Shown: positions 1-14,481 of the stretch, piece by piece
Layout of the letters: each line of letters opens with the position of its first letter
Position numbering within the stretch: the stretch's first letter is position 1
Source of the DNA: Ruditapes philippinarum
Lineage: Eukaryota
Length of the DNA: 64,000 nucleotides
Direction of reading: 5' to 3'
Assembly (NCBI RefSeq): GCF_026571515.1
Contig: NW_026865120.1
Location: forward strand, 1-64,000
Notes under the pieces: model-generated
Told to the model about the DNA's origin: nothing
What the model saw: the letters and a program-made list of their open reading frames with translations, nothing else
The model's database searches: none
Program-made: the position numbers and the translations under genes

Positions 1-2200
1 AAAACCAAAATAACTCAGATTAAGCATTTTAAAAATTTTCAGTTTTGGTCATTTCAACTTTAAAGAGCAATTTTTTCAAAAAATCTAAGTTAAAAAGAAA
101 ATTATTTTTAAAAAATTAAAAATTCCCCTTTCTTCCTGCCCTTTTCACATGAACAAATATTCCAGGGTTTATATTTTTTTCAAAATTTTGAAAATTTTTT
201 CTACTTGATAATAGTTTAATTTTTGACAAAACTCAAAAAAAAGGGGTTAAATAAAATAAAATGAGGTTAAAATGAAAAACCCCCCTTTTCCAAAAAATGC
301 ATTCAGGTTCATAATTTTCTTTTAAACTTGTTTAATTAAGACTATATTAAAAGGGGTTTTTAGGAGAACGACCAAAACAAATCGAAAGGGTAAATACTCG
401 AAAATTTTTTTGAAATTAAAAATAAATAAGATGGATGAAAAAAACAACAAAAAATAATCAAAATTTTTTTATTTAATTTAAAGTCAAATTTTTAAAAACT
501 GAATAAAAAGGAAAATTTGGGTTTTTTGAAATGGATTGAAAAGGAAAAATTTTTAATTTTTGTTTTTTAAAATTTTGGCTATTATTCGTTTTCTCTTGTG
601 AAAAGTTTTAAATGTTTTATTCTTTAAGAAAAAAAAATTTTTTATCATTTTCATGTAATTATTTATTTTACATTTTCATTTCATCCAAAATTAAATTGCA
701 AATTTTGGGTTTTATATTTTGGGAACGCTGATTTAAAAAATTTTTTAACACTTTTGTGTCATATTTTTACATATCAACAGTATTTGTCTGTAAAGTTTTT
801 GTCGAAAAATACCAAAATGCTTTTTTTTTTAAAAATTAAAATTTAATTCTTCATTCTTTAAAAAAAAGTCTAATTGGGGGGTAAAAGCACATGTTAATCT
901 GTATTACATCTTTATAAGCAAAGGAGCCGTTTTAAAACCCCAGCCCCCATAAAAGTTCGTGTTTTATCGGGGAATTCGCCTTTTTGGTATCTGGGATTAG
1001 ATTTTTTAGGGATTTTTCCAAAACCCGGGGATGACAAATTTAACTTCTTAATTAATTGGTTCATCTTCCCCGAAATTTTAAAGATTTCTAAATTCACCCA
1101 AAATTCAGATTTTAACTTTACGAATTTTAAATTTTTAGCTTCATGGTTAAAGATTTCAAAGTCATGGGAAATCCAAATTTTAAATAAGATGTAAAATTTC
1201 AACTTCAAAAAATTTTAAAGGGTTAAAATTTTTAACTTTTTGTGAAATTGAAATTGCTCAATGGTAGATTTTTAATTTTTCCCAAATCAAATGTAAAAGG
1301 AAATTTACAATCTTATTTTCTTTAATAGAAGATGATTTAACTTCTGAATGATTATATTTTGAATAGAAAAAAAAGGGTTGCATAAAGCTGTATTCAGAGA
1401 AAATTCAAATTTCACCAGTAGATATTACATACTTGCATGCCTAACATGCCAATTAAAATCGTTTTATTTGTTTGGGTGTCAGACCAAACAAATAAATGGT
1501 AGCGAAATTTCAGAGTCAAAATGTTCTTAATTGCAAATTGCCGAAAGTAGTCCACTTTTTTAAGCGGTTTTTCCCCTTTGTATGTACACAAGCCAAAAAA
1601 TTCAGGGGAGATCAATGCGTAAAGAGGGTTTCAAAGAAGGCGCATAAATTTTTTCAAGCAAAGTAATTCCCGAATGGTCGAAGATTTCAAATATTGTTTT
1701 CTGGTATTTTTGATCGAAAATAACTAAATACAAGCGGAACTTTTCAATCTCTGACACAGAAGTTTTATGACAAACCTAACAACAAGTAGTTCTCAAAACA
1801 GCTTAAAACTAGCGATTTAAAAGAAAGAACTATTTCATTTTGTTACAAGTATCCAACAAATTACAACGCATTTAAAGTTAAAACATTAGCGTTGCTTATA
1901 GAATTGTCAAAAAATGCACAATCACAAATTACGCGGATGAATATGATTTTATTAATGAAAAATACTATTTTTAGCCATGTAGATTTCCGAATACTACACA
2001 AACCGAGTAGTGGAATTAAAATAATTCAATGTCGGACGTTTGGGCGAGAGGATTTTCGCTAAAATTTTTTACTTCAATTTTAAACAACAGGTTTACCCTG
2101 AACAAAATACTTTGAAATTAATAAAGATTACAAACCTGAATGCAATGGGAAATTCTAAATTTTGAATGACTTGATATTATTCAGTCATCTTTGATAACTT

Positions 2201-2265
2201 TCCGTGGGACAGTGGGAACGCGCTCGCTTAGTGAGTGAGAGGGCTCGGTTCGAATCCCAGTCGAG
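2201..2265 (+). repeat. tRNA-like Pol III head (SINE or pseudo-tRNA)
   Basis: A-box-like gtgggacagtgg and B-box ggttcgaatccc, followed by a T-run. No clean cloverleaf. Confidence 0.45.
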
Positions 2266-2839
2266 AAATTTTTTTTTTGTTAAATTTTTTTTTTAATTGT
2301 TTTTGTTAAGGAAGTAGCCATGATTTACAAAGGGTAAAGTGTGGCTGTCGTAAAAAAGTACATAAAAGATTTTTTTATGCAACTCTAGTTATGCAGAATT
2401 CCGTATGTGCCCTTACAAAATGAATTATTTAAAACATAAAATAAACTTATACAGGAAAATGCATACATATATACAGTACGATTTAGATTGCAAAGATCAG
2501 AAAATACAAAGAACTTGAACCCTTTGATTCTTTGATAAATATACATGCTTATAGTAAGCTTCAGGGTTTTTACATCTGTGGTTAAACAACAGTTAAAAGT
2601 CGTTACAAGCCCAAGTTCAAATCCCAGTAAAGGTAACTCATTTTTTTAAATTGTTAAAGTCAAATAAACATTGGATTGAATATCAGTGTTGCAATTAGTC
2701 TTATAGCCAATTTACTACAATTAAAACGCTGGAAAGCAATGGTGGCACTAAACATATAATCTCACAACCTGCACCTTTCTTACATTCTGAGACCCAAACA
2801 AATTCAGCGCCTTCTGTGCTTTGATTAATGTTACTCTGT

Positions 2840-3305
2840 GGAAACCAATAATTTCACAGAAAATGTCTGAAAAGGGGGCATAACACTTTCAATGTTGAGT
2901 TGATTGTTATGAAAATTAAACTTAACGTGTGTTGTTATATAACATACTCGCGTGTAAAATATAAACATAATCATTCAAAATGCTTCAAAAGTTATTCTGC
3001 TTAAACCAATTATTTCACTTAAAAAATCTTAGAAAGGAGCATATATAACTAAAGAGTGGATTCGTTCAAAATCGACCTTGACCGGTGTTTTGATATAACA
3101 TAGATACATACTTGTGAAATCCTTCAAAATTTATTCTACGGAAACAAATAATTTATTTTGCTTAATCGAGGGCCAATTGTCCTTAAAATTTAGCTTATCG
3201 TGACAGAATGAACTACTCGTATGTTATGTTTACAGTTAGATGCGCGCGGACTGACGAACCGACAATACCTATATACGACCCGAAGGCCTATGGGCGTATA
3301 AAAAA
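2840..3305 (+). mobile_element. Non-autonomous Helentron/HINE-like element, 3' part
   Basis: Ends in a hairpin tatacgacccgaaggcctatgggcgtata followed by an A-run. Internal gggggcataac and gaccttgacc motifs are typical of bivalve HINE-like repeats. Confidence 0.5.
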
Positions 3306-3659
3306 CAACAAAATTTCCCTGTTTTAAAAAAAAAATTTTCTTTTTTTCCTCCCTTTTCATTAAAACATTTAAAAATTAAATTATTATATAAAATTTATAA
3401 TAAAAGTGTCACCCCTTCCCCCCCCCCCCGCCTTCTATAATGGGGGGGAAACCAATTTATTTAGAAAATGGGGAATGATTTGGGAAAAATATTTGTCGGG
3501 TTAGTTGATGTTAATGCCCAAAAAACTGAAAAACTGGGAAAAAGGACATACATTTTAAAAAAGTTTTTAATCTAAATGGTGTTTTAACCCTTTTTTAGAA
3601 TTTTCCCCAAGGGTATATTTTTTACTAAAAATTCTTAAAAATTTTTTTAAATATGTTAA

Positions 3660-4250
3660 AAAAAATCTTTTTCCCTCCCCCTAAAAACCATGCAAGCATA
3701 AAACAAATTAAACTAAAAAATTCCCTTTTTCCCCCAAGTAAAATTCCCCTTTTAAAAAAAAACTGAAAAGTCCCTGTATTTTTAGAATGTTAAAAATTTT
3801 CTTTTCCATGGCCTAAAAACCAAAGCCTAAAACAAACTAAAATTAAAAAATACATTTTCCCTAAACGGAAAAAATCCTTTTAAAAAATGCCCAAATGATC
3901 GTCCGTTTTTTTTTAAAAGGGTAAAAGTTTTAAAAAATACTTTACCCTCGGCCTAAAAAAAAAGTATAAAAATAACTAAAAGGGGGGAAAAATTCTTTTT
4001 CCCCCAAACGTAAAATTTCCTATAAAAATGGCCCAAATTCAGGGCCGGGGTTTTTTTAAATAATGTTAAAATATACTTTCCATCCGGCCCAAAAAACCAA
4101 ACATTAAAAAAAACTAAAAGTAAAATACATTTTCCCCAACGTAAATCCCATAAAAATTCCCCTGATCAAACCGGGCTTTTTTAGGTATGTAAAATATCTT
4201 ACCCTCGGCCCCAAAACCAAGATAAAAAAAAAAAGTTTAAAAAATACATT
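3660..4250. repeat. Degraded tandem repeat, about 130-bp unit, about 5 copies
   Basis: The motif ggcc(t)aaaaacc...aaactaaaa...atacattttcc recurs near 3680, 3810, 3950, 4086 and 4207. It lies within the noisy region. Confidence 0.55.
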
Positions 4251-7200
4251 TTCCTTTTAAAATTTTGGTGACATTCCGCAATTCAAAAAAACACTTCTTA
4301 TCTTACTGACAAGGCTTTTTTTCCCTTTTCATGATTCCCAAAATATTTCCATTTCATTTCGTAAATCAATTTAATTTACCCCAATTTGGAAATTTTGGCA
4401 GGGGTTTTTTAAATCCTTTGGGGTAATAAAGGGGGGGGAAAAAATAAATTTGAAAACATTTCTATGGGGGTTAAAATCTCACAAAACAACAATCTGCGGG
4501 TTTTTTTCTCATTTTAGAATCAGACAAACGCGTGATGTTACACATAGCCCGGGGGGGGGTTGGGCCATCGTCATTTTCGGTATTTATAATGGCTGCGGGG
4601 TTTAAATTCCCTCCCATTATTTACGGTTATGTTTTCACTGAAATTGTTAAATCCCTTAAAAGGTTTAACCGCCTAAAATTTCGGGTTCCAAATCAAAATC
4701 TCCAAAATTTTCTACCCGAGGTTTCCCCCAAAAAACCCACCCCTTTTAATTTATCGTATCCACAAATTGTAATTGTGAAGGCTTTAACTGTTTTGATAGA
4801 AAACAACGTTTTCAAAGAATACCCGGGGGAAAATACCCGGACTTGCATGGTCTTAAACGACTTTTAATGAAAATTTCATAACCTAGCTCCGGTTTTCGCC
4901 CAAATTTTTTGGGGCCCAAAAACCTCATTTTTTTGAAGAAATTAATTGATTTAAAAGTATTTTTTTTATATTTCTATAATCCCCCGACATATTAACTCTT
5001 TTGATATGTAATTCCTGGGCTTTTCTGGTTTCTGGGAAATTTATTACAAACCCCTTTTGGGAAATGAAACCCCTTTTTCCCCTCTAATTTAAAAGTTGCC
5101 CCAATTTTGTAACAAAAAAATTTTCCCCGCCTGTAAAAAATAATGGATATTTCTTTTTAAGAGATTACACCCGATTTTTTTAAAATTTGGGAAAATTTTT
5201 ATTAGTTTTTGTTTTGCGTTTAAAACTATAAAAAAGCAAAAAATAACGCACACTTTACAAAATTTTAAGACGCAAAATTTCTTTCCTTTTCATTTAAAAG
5301 GATAAACAATAAATTTTAAATTTTAGGACCCCCAATTTTCTTTTTTTAAATGGTTTTGGAAAATACAATTTTTTTTCCCCCCCCTTTTTAAATTAAAATT
5401 TTTCCCCGGGGTTTTAGAATTTATTTAAAAGGGGCCCAACCCCCATTTTTATGTTTGTTCCCCGGAGGAGGGGGAAAGAAAAACCCCCAAAAATAAATTT
5501 TTTAAATTGTTTAAAAAAAAGTCCCCACAATAACAGAAAAAAATTTTTTAAAGTTTTTCCCTTAAAAATTTTTTGTATTGGTTGCTTTTTTATTTGAAAA
5601 ATTAAGGTGAACAGGGAAAAGGGTTTTCTTGGGGTTTTTCACACCCAAAACAAATAAAAAAAAAACACTTCCCAAACAAAATTAAGGGGTTAGACATTTA
5701 GGGTCCTTCCGTATTTTATTCTTCACGTTTCCCTAAGTTAGCTTGTAGCTTCCTCCCCGAAAAATCCAAAATCCCTTTGGGGATGCGAAACCAACCTGGT
5801 GTAAGCAAAAAGGGTTTTTAAATCCAAAAACCTTAACCACTCCCCCTCAAAATAAAAAAACAACAAAAATAATGTTTTTTATTTTAAAATGGGAAAAAGG
5901 GAAAAAATTTAAAGGAGAAAAGGGGGACCGATGCCCGCAAATTTTTTTTACAACCCGGGGAGAACCAGGGAAAAAAAAGTCTCCGCCTTTTGAAAAAATT
6001 TAAGTCGTAAAGACACCCCCCAAACCCGGGGGGGGGTTTCCCCTTTTTTTTTTTTTCCCCTTTTCCCCCAAAACAAAATAAAACAGTCCCAAAAAAGGGG
6101 GCCAAACCCAAACGCCCAAAAAAAAGCAAAAGTCCCCCGGCGGGAACTTTCAATTGTTTCAAACAATTTTTCCACATGAAAATTTTTGGGAAGGGTCCAA
6201 AAAGCAAAAGGTTGAAAAAAGGCAATGGCCCTTTGGGAAAAAGCCCTTTAAGCGGGAAGTTTGCAGCTTTTTTGACAAGTATAAACCCAGGGTTTTTTAA
6301 TGACCCACGCATGGGGTTATTGAAACACTGTCGTATCTTCGTGGGGTTTGAAAAAAGACAAAGAATTGAACCCTTGGGGAAAAAATTTTGAATATAAAAA
6401 ATTACCCAAAGAAATTTTGGTTTATTTATATCTTTTTTTTTATAAAAGCCCCTATTTTTATTTCCAACCCAATTAAATCATTGGTTGGCCCTTTACCCCC
6501 ACTATACTTCTGGCCTCCCTAACTAAACAGTCCCCTTTTTTTGGCTTTTGGCCGTTTAAAAAAATTAAAATTTATTTTAATCAAAATCCCTTTTAAACTC
6601 GGCTAAATTATTCATTTTACGGTTTATTTATGCGTCACCAAAAAAGCCGAAAAAGCTTAATGATCAAAAAAACCCTGTCCGGTTAATGACCCCCTTTGGA
6701 AGAGATAGGGGTTTTGAAAATAAACATTAAATTTTTTTCAAAAAGTTTGTTTGATTTTGGATTTTTTCCTTTTTTTTTCTTCTTTTTTTCATTCTTTTTT
6801 TAAGTAAAATTAATTTTACATTTCTTTTTTTTTTTGTTTTTTTTTTTCTATTTTTTTGGGAAATTTTTCAACGCACCGGCCCCAGGGAAGATTTTTAAAG
6901 GTACGTTTGCCTATAGGGGGTTGGGGGAAGACTCAAATCCCACCCTAACCCTTATTATAACCCCCGAGTGAAACCACCGACGTTTCCCTAGGGGTACCGG
7001 GGGTAAATCCCTTCATAAAAAGAAACCAACCCGGGCCCTTCCGGTTATCCAACCCCCCCCGGTATAGATTTGGTTTACGTCTGCCAAACCTTTTAAATTT
7101 TCGGGGTTTTTAAAAATTAAAAAACAAAAAGAAAATTTTAACCCCCTGTTTTGTAAAAAAATATATTATTAATTTGACACAAAAGGGGGTTTATTGGGCA

Positions 7201-10200
7201 AAATTTAATTCTTTCTTTAAGATTAAGGGGGTTAAGTTTCCCACATACCACCTTTCTTTTTAAAAGGGTCAGTCTTAAATGGTTGTCAACTTAATGTTTA
7301 AATTTTATAAATCATTTATCCCAAAAAAATACAATTAGTTGTTGGGTTTTATAAAAAAGGGGTTTTGTTAATTATTAAACTTTTTTTTTCACCCCAGTAA
7401 GGGCATTTCAGAAAAACCTTAAACTCCAAAACATTGGTAAATGTCATTTAAAATTTTAACCCACAGACGTATCTTTTCAAAGTTTTTTTTGACTGGGGTG
7501 GGAAAAATTTTTCCCTTAACCTTAGCTTCAAAAAACTTTAAATAACCCTTGGGCAAAAAACATTGCGAGAAAAACATGCCCAAAAAATGCTGTAGTGAAG
7601 ATGTAAAACATTTATTAAAATTAAAACCCCTGGGTTTCCCTCCCAAGCACAAAAAGAAAATCAATAAACTTAAAAATTCTTAAAATTTTAAATGCAAACA
7701 AATCAATATTATCCCCGAAAAGGAAAAAAAATGTTTGCAATCATTTTAAAAAAATAAAAAATTTAAACTCATTCAGTACAATAAAAACAAACAAAACTTC
7801 TTGTTTTTAATTCATTTACCAATATATTTTCCCGAAATAAAAATTTTGTTATTGAACCAAACAGCAAAATAGTGCTTAGAAAATGTAATAAACTAAAGAA
7901 GCCTATTAATAATAATTTCGTTACTTTTGTAAACCCCTAAAACACCTTTGTTTAACCCAATGCAAAATTTAAAAATGAAGCCCCGAAAAATAAAATATTA
8001 TTGCTGACAATTTTTGGAAAAGTCTACCAAAATCCCCCCCCAAATACAGGCCCCCCCCTTTTCCTTTCCCCCCCCCTTTTCACAAAACCCCCAAAAATTC
8101 CCCAACCCCCTATCCTAAAAGCCCGGGTTTTTTGTTCGGGACTTTTTAAAAAATAAAAATTAAAAAGCTTTAAAGGGCTTTCTTTGTTTTTGTAACCCTT
8201 AATTTTTCAAATCACCCCGATCCCTTCTTCTTTTTTAATAAACGTCAAACCCAAAGATAAAGGGGAAACCCCTAAAAGGGCATTAAAACTTTTAAAAATT
8301 AAAAAAATTAAAAATTCCCAAAACCTTTAATTTAAAAACAAATGTTTTAGGGGAATTTTTTTATATTTACTATTTTTTCGAAATTTACAATTTTGATTCG
8401 CACAATATTTTTTTTGAAAACAAGCTCTAACAAGGAAAGGAAAAACCAAAAATTTTTTTATATAACCAAATTACATCACTCTAAATAAATTAAAAATTTT
8501 TTTTCCCCGGGGAAAAATTTTTTTGTAAATGGGGATTTTCTTTTTTAAAAACAATTTTTTTAAAATCCCGCCCAATTTTTTTTAGAAATTTGGGAAGGGC
8601 GCAGGACTTTTAAAAAGTTAAATTTTCAAGTTAAAAGGGGGTTTTTCTTTTTTCTATTAAATCCCTTTTTGCCAGAAAATTTGTGTTTTCCCAAAACCTA
8701 TTGAGCCCCGACGATGACCGTGGGTCAAAACTGGGACTCCGGTTCCTGGGACGTATGCGGGCTTCAACCCAAAACTAGAACGAGAAATACTACTTGCAGC
8801 ACTTTCCCTTTCCCCTTTTAAAGGGGATATTTTTACCCTTTTTACTAAAACAAGGGAAAAACCCGTTTCACAATTTTTATTTTTTTCTTTTTTGAATTTT
8901 TCAAGTAAAATTTCCCCTTTTTAAAATAAAATTTTTTAATATTTTTCTAGCGCAGTCGGCTAGGGGTTTGGGTTTACAAATTTTTTGTCAAGAACCCCCG
9001 ATTTGATCAATAAAAACCCTTCCAAAAACAGCTAAAAATAATTTGGAAACCCCAAAAATTCCTTCCCAATTTTTTTATGTTTAAAACATTACATTGGGGT
9101 TTTTAAATTTTCGGTGATTCGATCTTAAATTTTTAATGAATGAGAACGGGGGAAAAAATTTTTTGATTTAACTGCTGGGAAGGAGTATAAAAAAACAAAA
9201 ATAAAATTAAATTTGTTTAATTTATTAAATTTAAACCCTATATCTCTTACGAAATTTATATCTTTTACAGGGGAAATAACTAATTCCTTTTGGTTACTAC
9301 GACTATGTTTTGTATTTTTTTATTTCCCCATGCAACTTGTTGCATAATTCAAAAACTTAAAATTTGATTACCTTAACATTTGGAAATCCAAAAATTTCTT
9401 TTTTATTTTAAAAATTTGTTGTAGTTACTGATTTAAAAATATTTTTTTTAAAAAACTAGGGGCGGGCAAAAGGAAATGGGAAAACAATTTTTTACTGATT
9501 TAACAAATCCCGCTAGAGCGAACTACGTAAGAAAAATTATAAAGATCCCCTTTTCCATAAAGGGGTGATTCCGAAAACTCTCCCCTTTTTTATATCATTT
9601 TTCCATTTGCCGCAAAAAAAGGGGTAACCCCCCCATTTTTGAAAAAAAAATCCGGGGTGAAAGGTTTTTTTTTTAACTTATTTAAATATTGTTTTTTTTT
9701 TACTTTCCATAAAGCTGTTGAATTTGGAGGGAAATGAGAAAAATTTTTGTGGGAAAAAAAAAAAATGTACATAATTTTTATTTTCTTTTTTCCTTTACAA
9801 ATTTTTTTCCTGATGGGGCACAAAAAGAACCGTTCCAAATTGGGCATGTTTACTTACAAAATTTTAAAAAGTCTTTTTAATTTGGGGAATTACTTTCCTT
9901 TCCAAGGACCCTTTTGTGAAAGCTATTTTATTTAAAATTTGGCCCTTTCATTAACCAGGCATAAAATTAAAAATATAAAATTTTGCAAATTAAAGTTTAC
10001 AAAACCCTCCCCAATCACAAAATAAAAGTAATCCCAAAATTTTAAATTTTCCCGTTGAAAAGGGATTTTTTGCGCGCCTTTTTTGCGGGGGCCTTTCCAA
10101 TTTCTGCATTGGGACGCAACACCTTTTTACTGTATCTTTCTTTGACTTTTCTCCGGGAAAAAGTTCCCCCTGCTTAATTAAACAGGGGGCCTGAATATTC

Positions 10201-11229
10201 GTTTGGGGGGGATTAGGGCGTCAAAAAATAAATTCCCCAGGGGAAAATTTCAGGGGAATTATTTAAATTTTCCCCAATGGTTTCTAAATAAAGGGTTAAA
10301 AAGAATCCCCAATGACAAAAAATGGGAGGGCCCTGGGCGGAAACATTTGTATTGAGTCTAAAAACTTTTGGGCCCATTAACATAACCCTAAAAAGAACCC
10401 CCAAAAGCGTAAAAATTTTTTTTAAGGATTATTTATCATAATAGGACGATTCGTTTTTCGTAAAAAATTTTCCCTTCAATTTTATTTTTGTTTTTATTTT
10501 AAAAGGGAAAATTCAAGTTACAAAATAAAGGGGCAAAATAAATTTTTAAATTTCCCTCGGGGTTTATTAATTTTTTCCTTTTACCTAAAACTTTGTTTTT
10601 TTGTTGTTTTTTTTCAATAGTCTAACGCAAATTTCCAAAACCCTTTTTGGTCCCCCTTTTCCCCGGGGTTTTTAAACCGCCCAAACGGCTTTTCTAGGGT
10701 ACAAAGTTTTAACTGACACGTAGGGTTACAATTTTTAATTTTTTCCGAAAATGTTAATTTCTTACCCCCGGTGTATAAATGTTTAGCCCAAAACGACCCA
10801 AAATGCCCATTATACTAATTTTGAGTCAATTTTTTGAGGTTTAAAAAGCTTTTGAACCCGGGACCTAACCCATTATCCAGCCCTCCCTTTTAAACCTTCA
10901 AACTGACGACTACCCCCAAGAATTTAAAATTTGTTTTTTAAAATTTAATTAAGTGTATCCCAAAAATGATTAAAAATCCCCCCATATATTATTAAGCAAT
11001 TTAAAAATGTAATTGCGTCGTAAAATATTTTGGGAAACATCCCGCATCTAGTAACACTAGCTGTCTAACTTCTAAATCAGCATCTTATCATTTGAAAGTA
11101 GCAAAGAAAGCTTCCGCGTCTATATTCATCGTACCCATCTTTTGATAGAAGGAAAGATATTGCATAAACCAGTATTGCATCAATGTCAAAGTTTCTACAA
11201 AAAATTAATACTTGAATATTAATAAAATT

Positions 11230-11585
11230 TTAGGGGCCTGTAATTCCTAAGAAATGACTAAATTTTTTATTTATTTGAAAGGAAAAGATATCGGTTTTAT
11301 AAAGTTTAAATGATAGCTTTAGATGCTTATTACCTGAAGGAAATACATGCAATGTAAAATTATATGTCATAAAAGTAGTAAAATGTGAACAAAATACTAT
11401 TTTGACTTACATACAAATAATAAAATCACTATAAATGTACTTATTGCCAAAAAAGCAAAAGAAATTAAAGATGGCTCATGTAATTGGCCAATGAATCACT
11501 TTTTTGGAAACTATAACAGGACACCAAAAATAAGATTTATAAAGAAATAAACAAAAATCATTCCTGTGACATAATAGGCCTTTAA
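11230..11585 (+). mobile_element. TTAA-flanked MITE (Kolobok-like), upstream of LPMO1
   Basis: Imperfect TIRs: ttaggggcctgtaattcctaagaaatga vs the reverse complement of tcattcctgtgacataataggcctttaa. The internal aaaatgtgaacaaaatactattttgac is shared with copies at 26.7, 28.9 and 62.3 kb. Confidence 0.6.
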
Positions 11586-11926
11586 GGGAGATTTTTAACA
11601 TCAAAATATAAAATAGCACAGAATTCATTTCACAGAAATTCCAACGTTTCACGTCAGGTTGTACGGTTTTCGGCTTGTACTTTAAATTAAGTTTCAATAT
11701 CTAGGACATGACAATCATTACTCATTATTGCGTTTTGACCTATTTCTGTTTTCGGAGACAAGAAAAAGGAGACTGTTATTTGCGTTATCAGCATCTCTTT
11801 TTCCTATCAACATTATTATCTTCATTTGATTGGATGATTAAAAATCCCGGATTTAAATTACAGGGAAAAAAGTTAGTTTTTTTGCCATGTTAGGGAAATC
11901 ATAAAGATGAAAGGATGGTTCGGCTG

Positions 11927-11988
11927 TATATAAATGGAAAGGTATGACCGGTTTGTTATTCACCCTGCAAGTCATAAACTGTCAACAG
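11927..11988 (+). promoter_or_regulatory. TATA box and short 5' UTR exon of LPMO1
   Basis: TATATAAA at 11927-11934, donor cag|gtaagt at 11988/11989, and acceptor ttttcag at 12132, just before ATG 12136. Confidence 0.65.
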
Positions 11989-12135
11989 GTAAGTTCGAAT
12001 GAATTTTCTGTTATTATTTCATTAAACTGCGAATCAGACGATATAGTTTGAGTTTTAAATGGAGATTTTAATCTTGTTGAGTAATTAAAGGATAATTTTT
12101 CAAGAGTGTGAATATGTTTTTATTCTTTTCAGATC

Positions 12136-14481
12136 ATGGCTGTCACAAAAGCATTCTTCCTATTGGGCTTGGTAACGATAGTCAATGGACATGGTCGGCT
12201 GATAGATCCGCCATCCAGGTCATCTGCATTTAGATTTGGCTTCAATACACCACCTAATTTTCTTCTGGACAAGCAACTAAATTGCGGAGGAGTCTGGGTA
12301 AGTTACCGGTCAAACTACCGTTACAAAGCATTATCAATATCATATCATTTATTATACCAACCATTTATTCGTTAAATTTGAGGAAAAAACAAATATTTAC
12401 ATAAAATGAGATGTTATTTGTACAACGTTTATTGGCATGGTTCTTACTAGTATTTACACATCTTGAAATTATGTAGCATGCAGTTTATCACGGTAAAATT
12501 TAAAATCACATTGTTTAAGATCTACGCTAACATAAATCTTCATATATTTATTTATTTGTTTACTGGAGATACATTTCGTTTTGAAGTAGGTTTTTTTTCG
12601 TTTTTTTTTCTTTTTTGTTTCTTTTTTTTTTACTTTTAGGGTGATAATTTGACTGCTTCAAGTAAGCAGTAACATATAAATTAAAAATATGTCGTCTTAT
12701 TCATATGTTTTAAATACACAAAAAGTAATATTCCTACCGATCATAATACATATAATCTATTCTTCAGGCAGGGCATGTATTATTACACATCTTACAGCCA
12801 AACGGAATGTTATCCAGCCTCAGCAGTTACATTTTATACTTGTACTCATATCTATGTTCATTTTATTCCGAATAAAGATATATTACTAACATGGTTAAAA
12901 CATTCGGTTTGGGTTCTTTTAAGAATCAGTGGCAGGTAAATCATGGTCGTTGTGGTGTATGCGGTGACCCGTACCAGGGTCCACGTAAAAACGAAGCAGG
13001 TGGGGTATACGCTACAGGAACAATTGTTCATACATATAAAGAGGGTACGCAGATAAATGTTGTAATTGGTAAGTGACTGTCTTATTCATGCAGTATGACA
13101 TTATCAATTGCAGAAAAAAGTATATGCATCTCTTGAACGGAACAGAATGCGAATGTAGGAACTATATCGATTTTAATGTTAATAGAGGATAGGTAAATAT
13201 GAGCTTGAAAAACGTTTATCATTTATCCTATAACTTGCGTAAGAGCATTCCTGTATATTTACATTACAGCAATGACGTTGATACAATGCATTCTTATTAC
13301 AATCACGATTTATTGTAACGGAATTCCGAATAATTTTACAATCTCAACAATATTGATACACTAAATTTATAAACAATTAATTCAAATATAATATTCAACT
13401 TATTTCATTCTGCTGAGTTCCTAGTAAAAGCGTATTATCTTACAGACATAACTGCCCCTCATGGCGGATGGTCCGAGTTTAGAATTTGTCCTAACAACAA
13501 CATTCATAAAGCTGTCACACAAGAGTGTTTTGATCGATATCTACTGGCGACACCTAGCGGAGAAACCAGATATATTCATCAACGTGAAGCAGCTAATATT
13601 ACAATCCCTCTCGTGCTTCCAAAAGGTCTAACTTGCTCGCAATGTGTTCTACAATGGAAATGGAATACTGGTATGTAAACAATTCAAATATCATGTATTT
13701 ATCATATGATTTTATATAATTTATTCGAGTAGTAGTTTAAAATATATATTTTGTGTATCTTAAAGTGACAAACGTTCATCATGTCGCTACTATATATTAC
13801 AAGAATAAAGTGTCGGAGGACCAAAAACCTAAAAACATAAAATTTGAATTTCTTACATAGATCACCTAAGCCTTTTAAAAGAAATATATGTAAAGGATAA
13901 TTTACATATATGTTGAAATTTTTTTAATCGTAATTCATGGTATTCTTAGCCTGATTTTAGTGACATAGGTTAAAAGGATGATTTTTTGGTCATTTTCCAC
14001 AGTTACAATAGTTACAATAATTATTCTAGAAAATATTGTTATCAAATAATCTGAAACATAGCAAACAAGTCTTTGAGCTAGACATACATCTAATGGAACA
14101 ATAATCTCAAAAAAATATTTCAAGTTCTGTCATGTCAAATTCCTTTTAAGCAAACAGTTCAGGCTGTAAAGCAACCGAATGCTTATTCCAGCTATCTGAC
14201 TATTAGAAAATGTTAAGATACTGAAATGCTTTAAACTATTGACAGTTTACTTATTAAATAGATAATAAAACTGTAACATATCTTATTTAGCCCATGATTA
14301 TAACTGTGACACAGTTACCAAAGAATGTTGCAAAGGTTGTGGACCACAGGAGCAATTCTACGGCTGCGCAGATGTCGCAATAATAAAGACATCAAGCGGT
14401 GAAACTTCGTCAACAACGAAAACGACAAATCTTCCTAATGAACCTGTCGGTTTCATTCCTATTGGAAACAATTTCCCTTAA
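12136..14481 (+). CDS. AA15-family lytic polysaccharide monooxygenase (chitin-binding type-4 fold), paralogue 1, 240 aa, secreted
   Basis: Exons 12136-12297, 12924-13068, 13446-13670, 14291-14481 (723 nt, GT-AG, phases 0/1/1). An 18-aa signal peptide ends TIVNG|H. Motifs: HGRLIDPPSRSS, CGVCGDP, NEAGG, TAPHGGWSEFRIC, CSQCVLQW, GCGPQEQFYGCADV. An S/T-rich tail ends PVGFIPIGNNFP*. Confidence 0.95.

Larger units (their letters stand above)
1..11040. other. Low-quality, homopolymer-inflated assembly segment (cleaner island at about 1400-3300)
   Basis: Pervasive A/T/C/G runs (e.g. gggggggggtttccccttttttttttttt near 6030). ORFs are only K/F/G/P-rich junk. The texture switches abruptly to normal at about 11040. 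Confidence 0.85.

Noticed and set aside
2201-2265. Functional tRNA gene (also 18270-18345 and 38075-38145)
   Set aside because: A/B boxes are present, but there is no complete cloverleaf. The latter two run into SINE bodies.
912-10404. ORFs in the first 11 kb (e.g. 5884-6312, 4532-4867)
   Set aside because: K/F/G/P-rich translations of homopolymer runs, with no domain or splice support.
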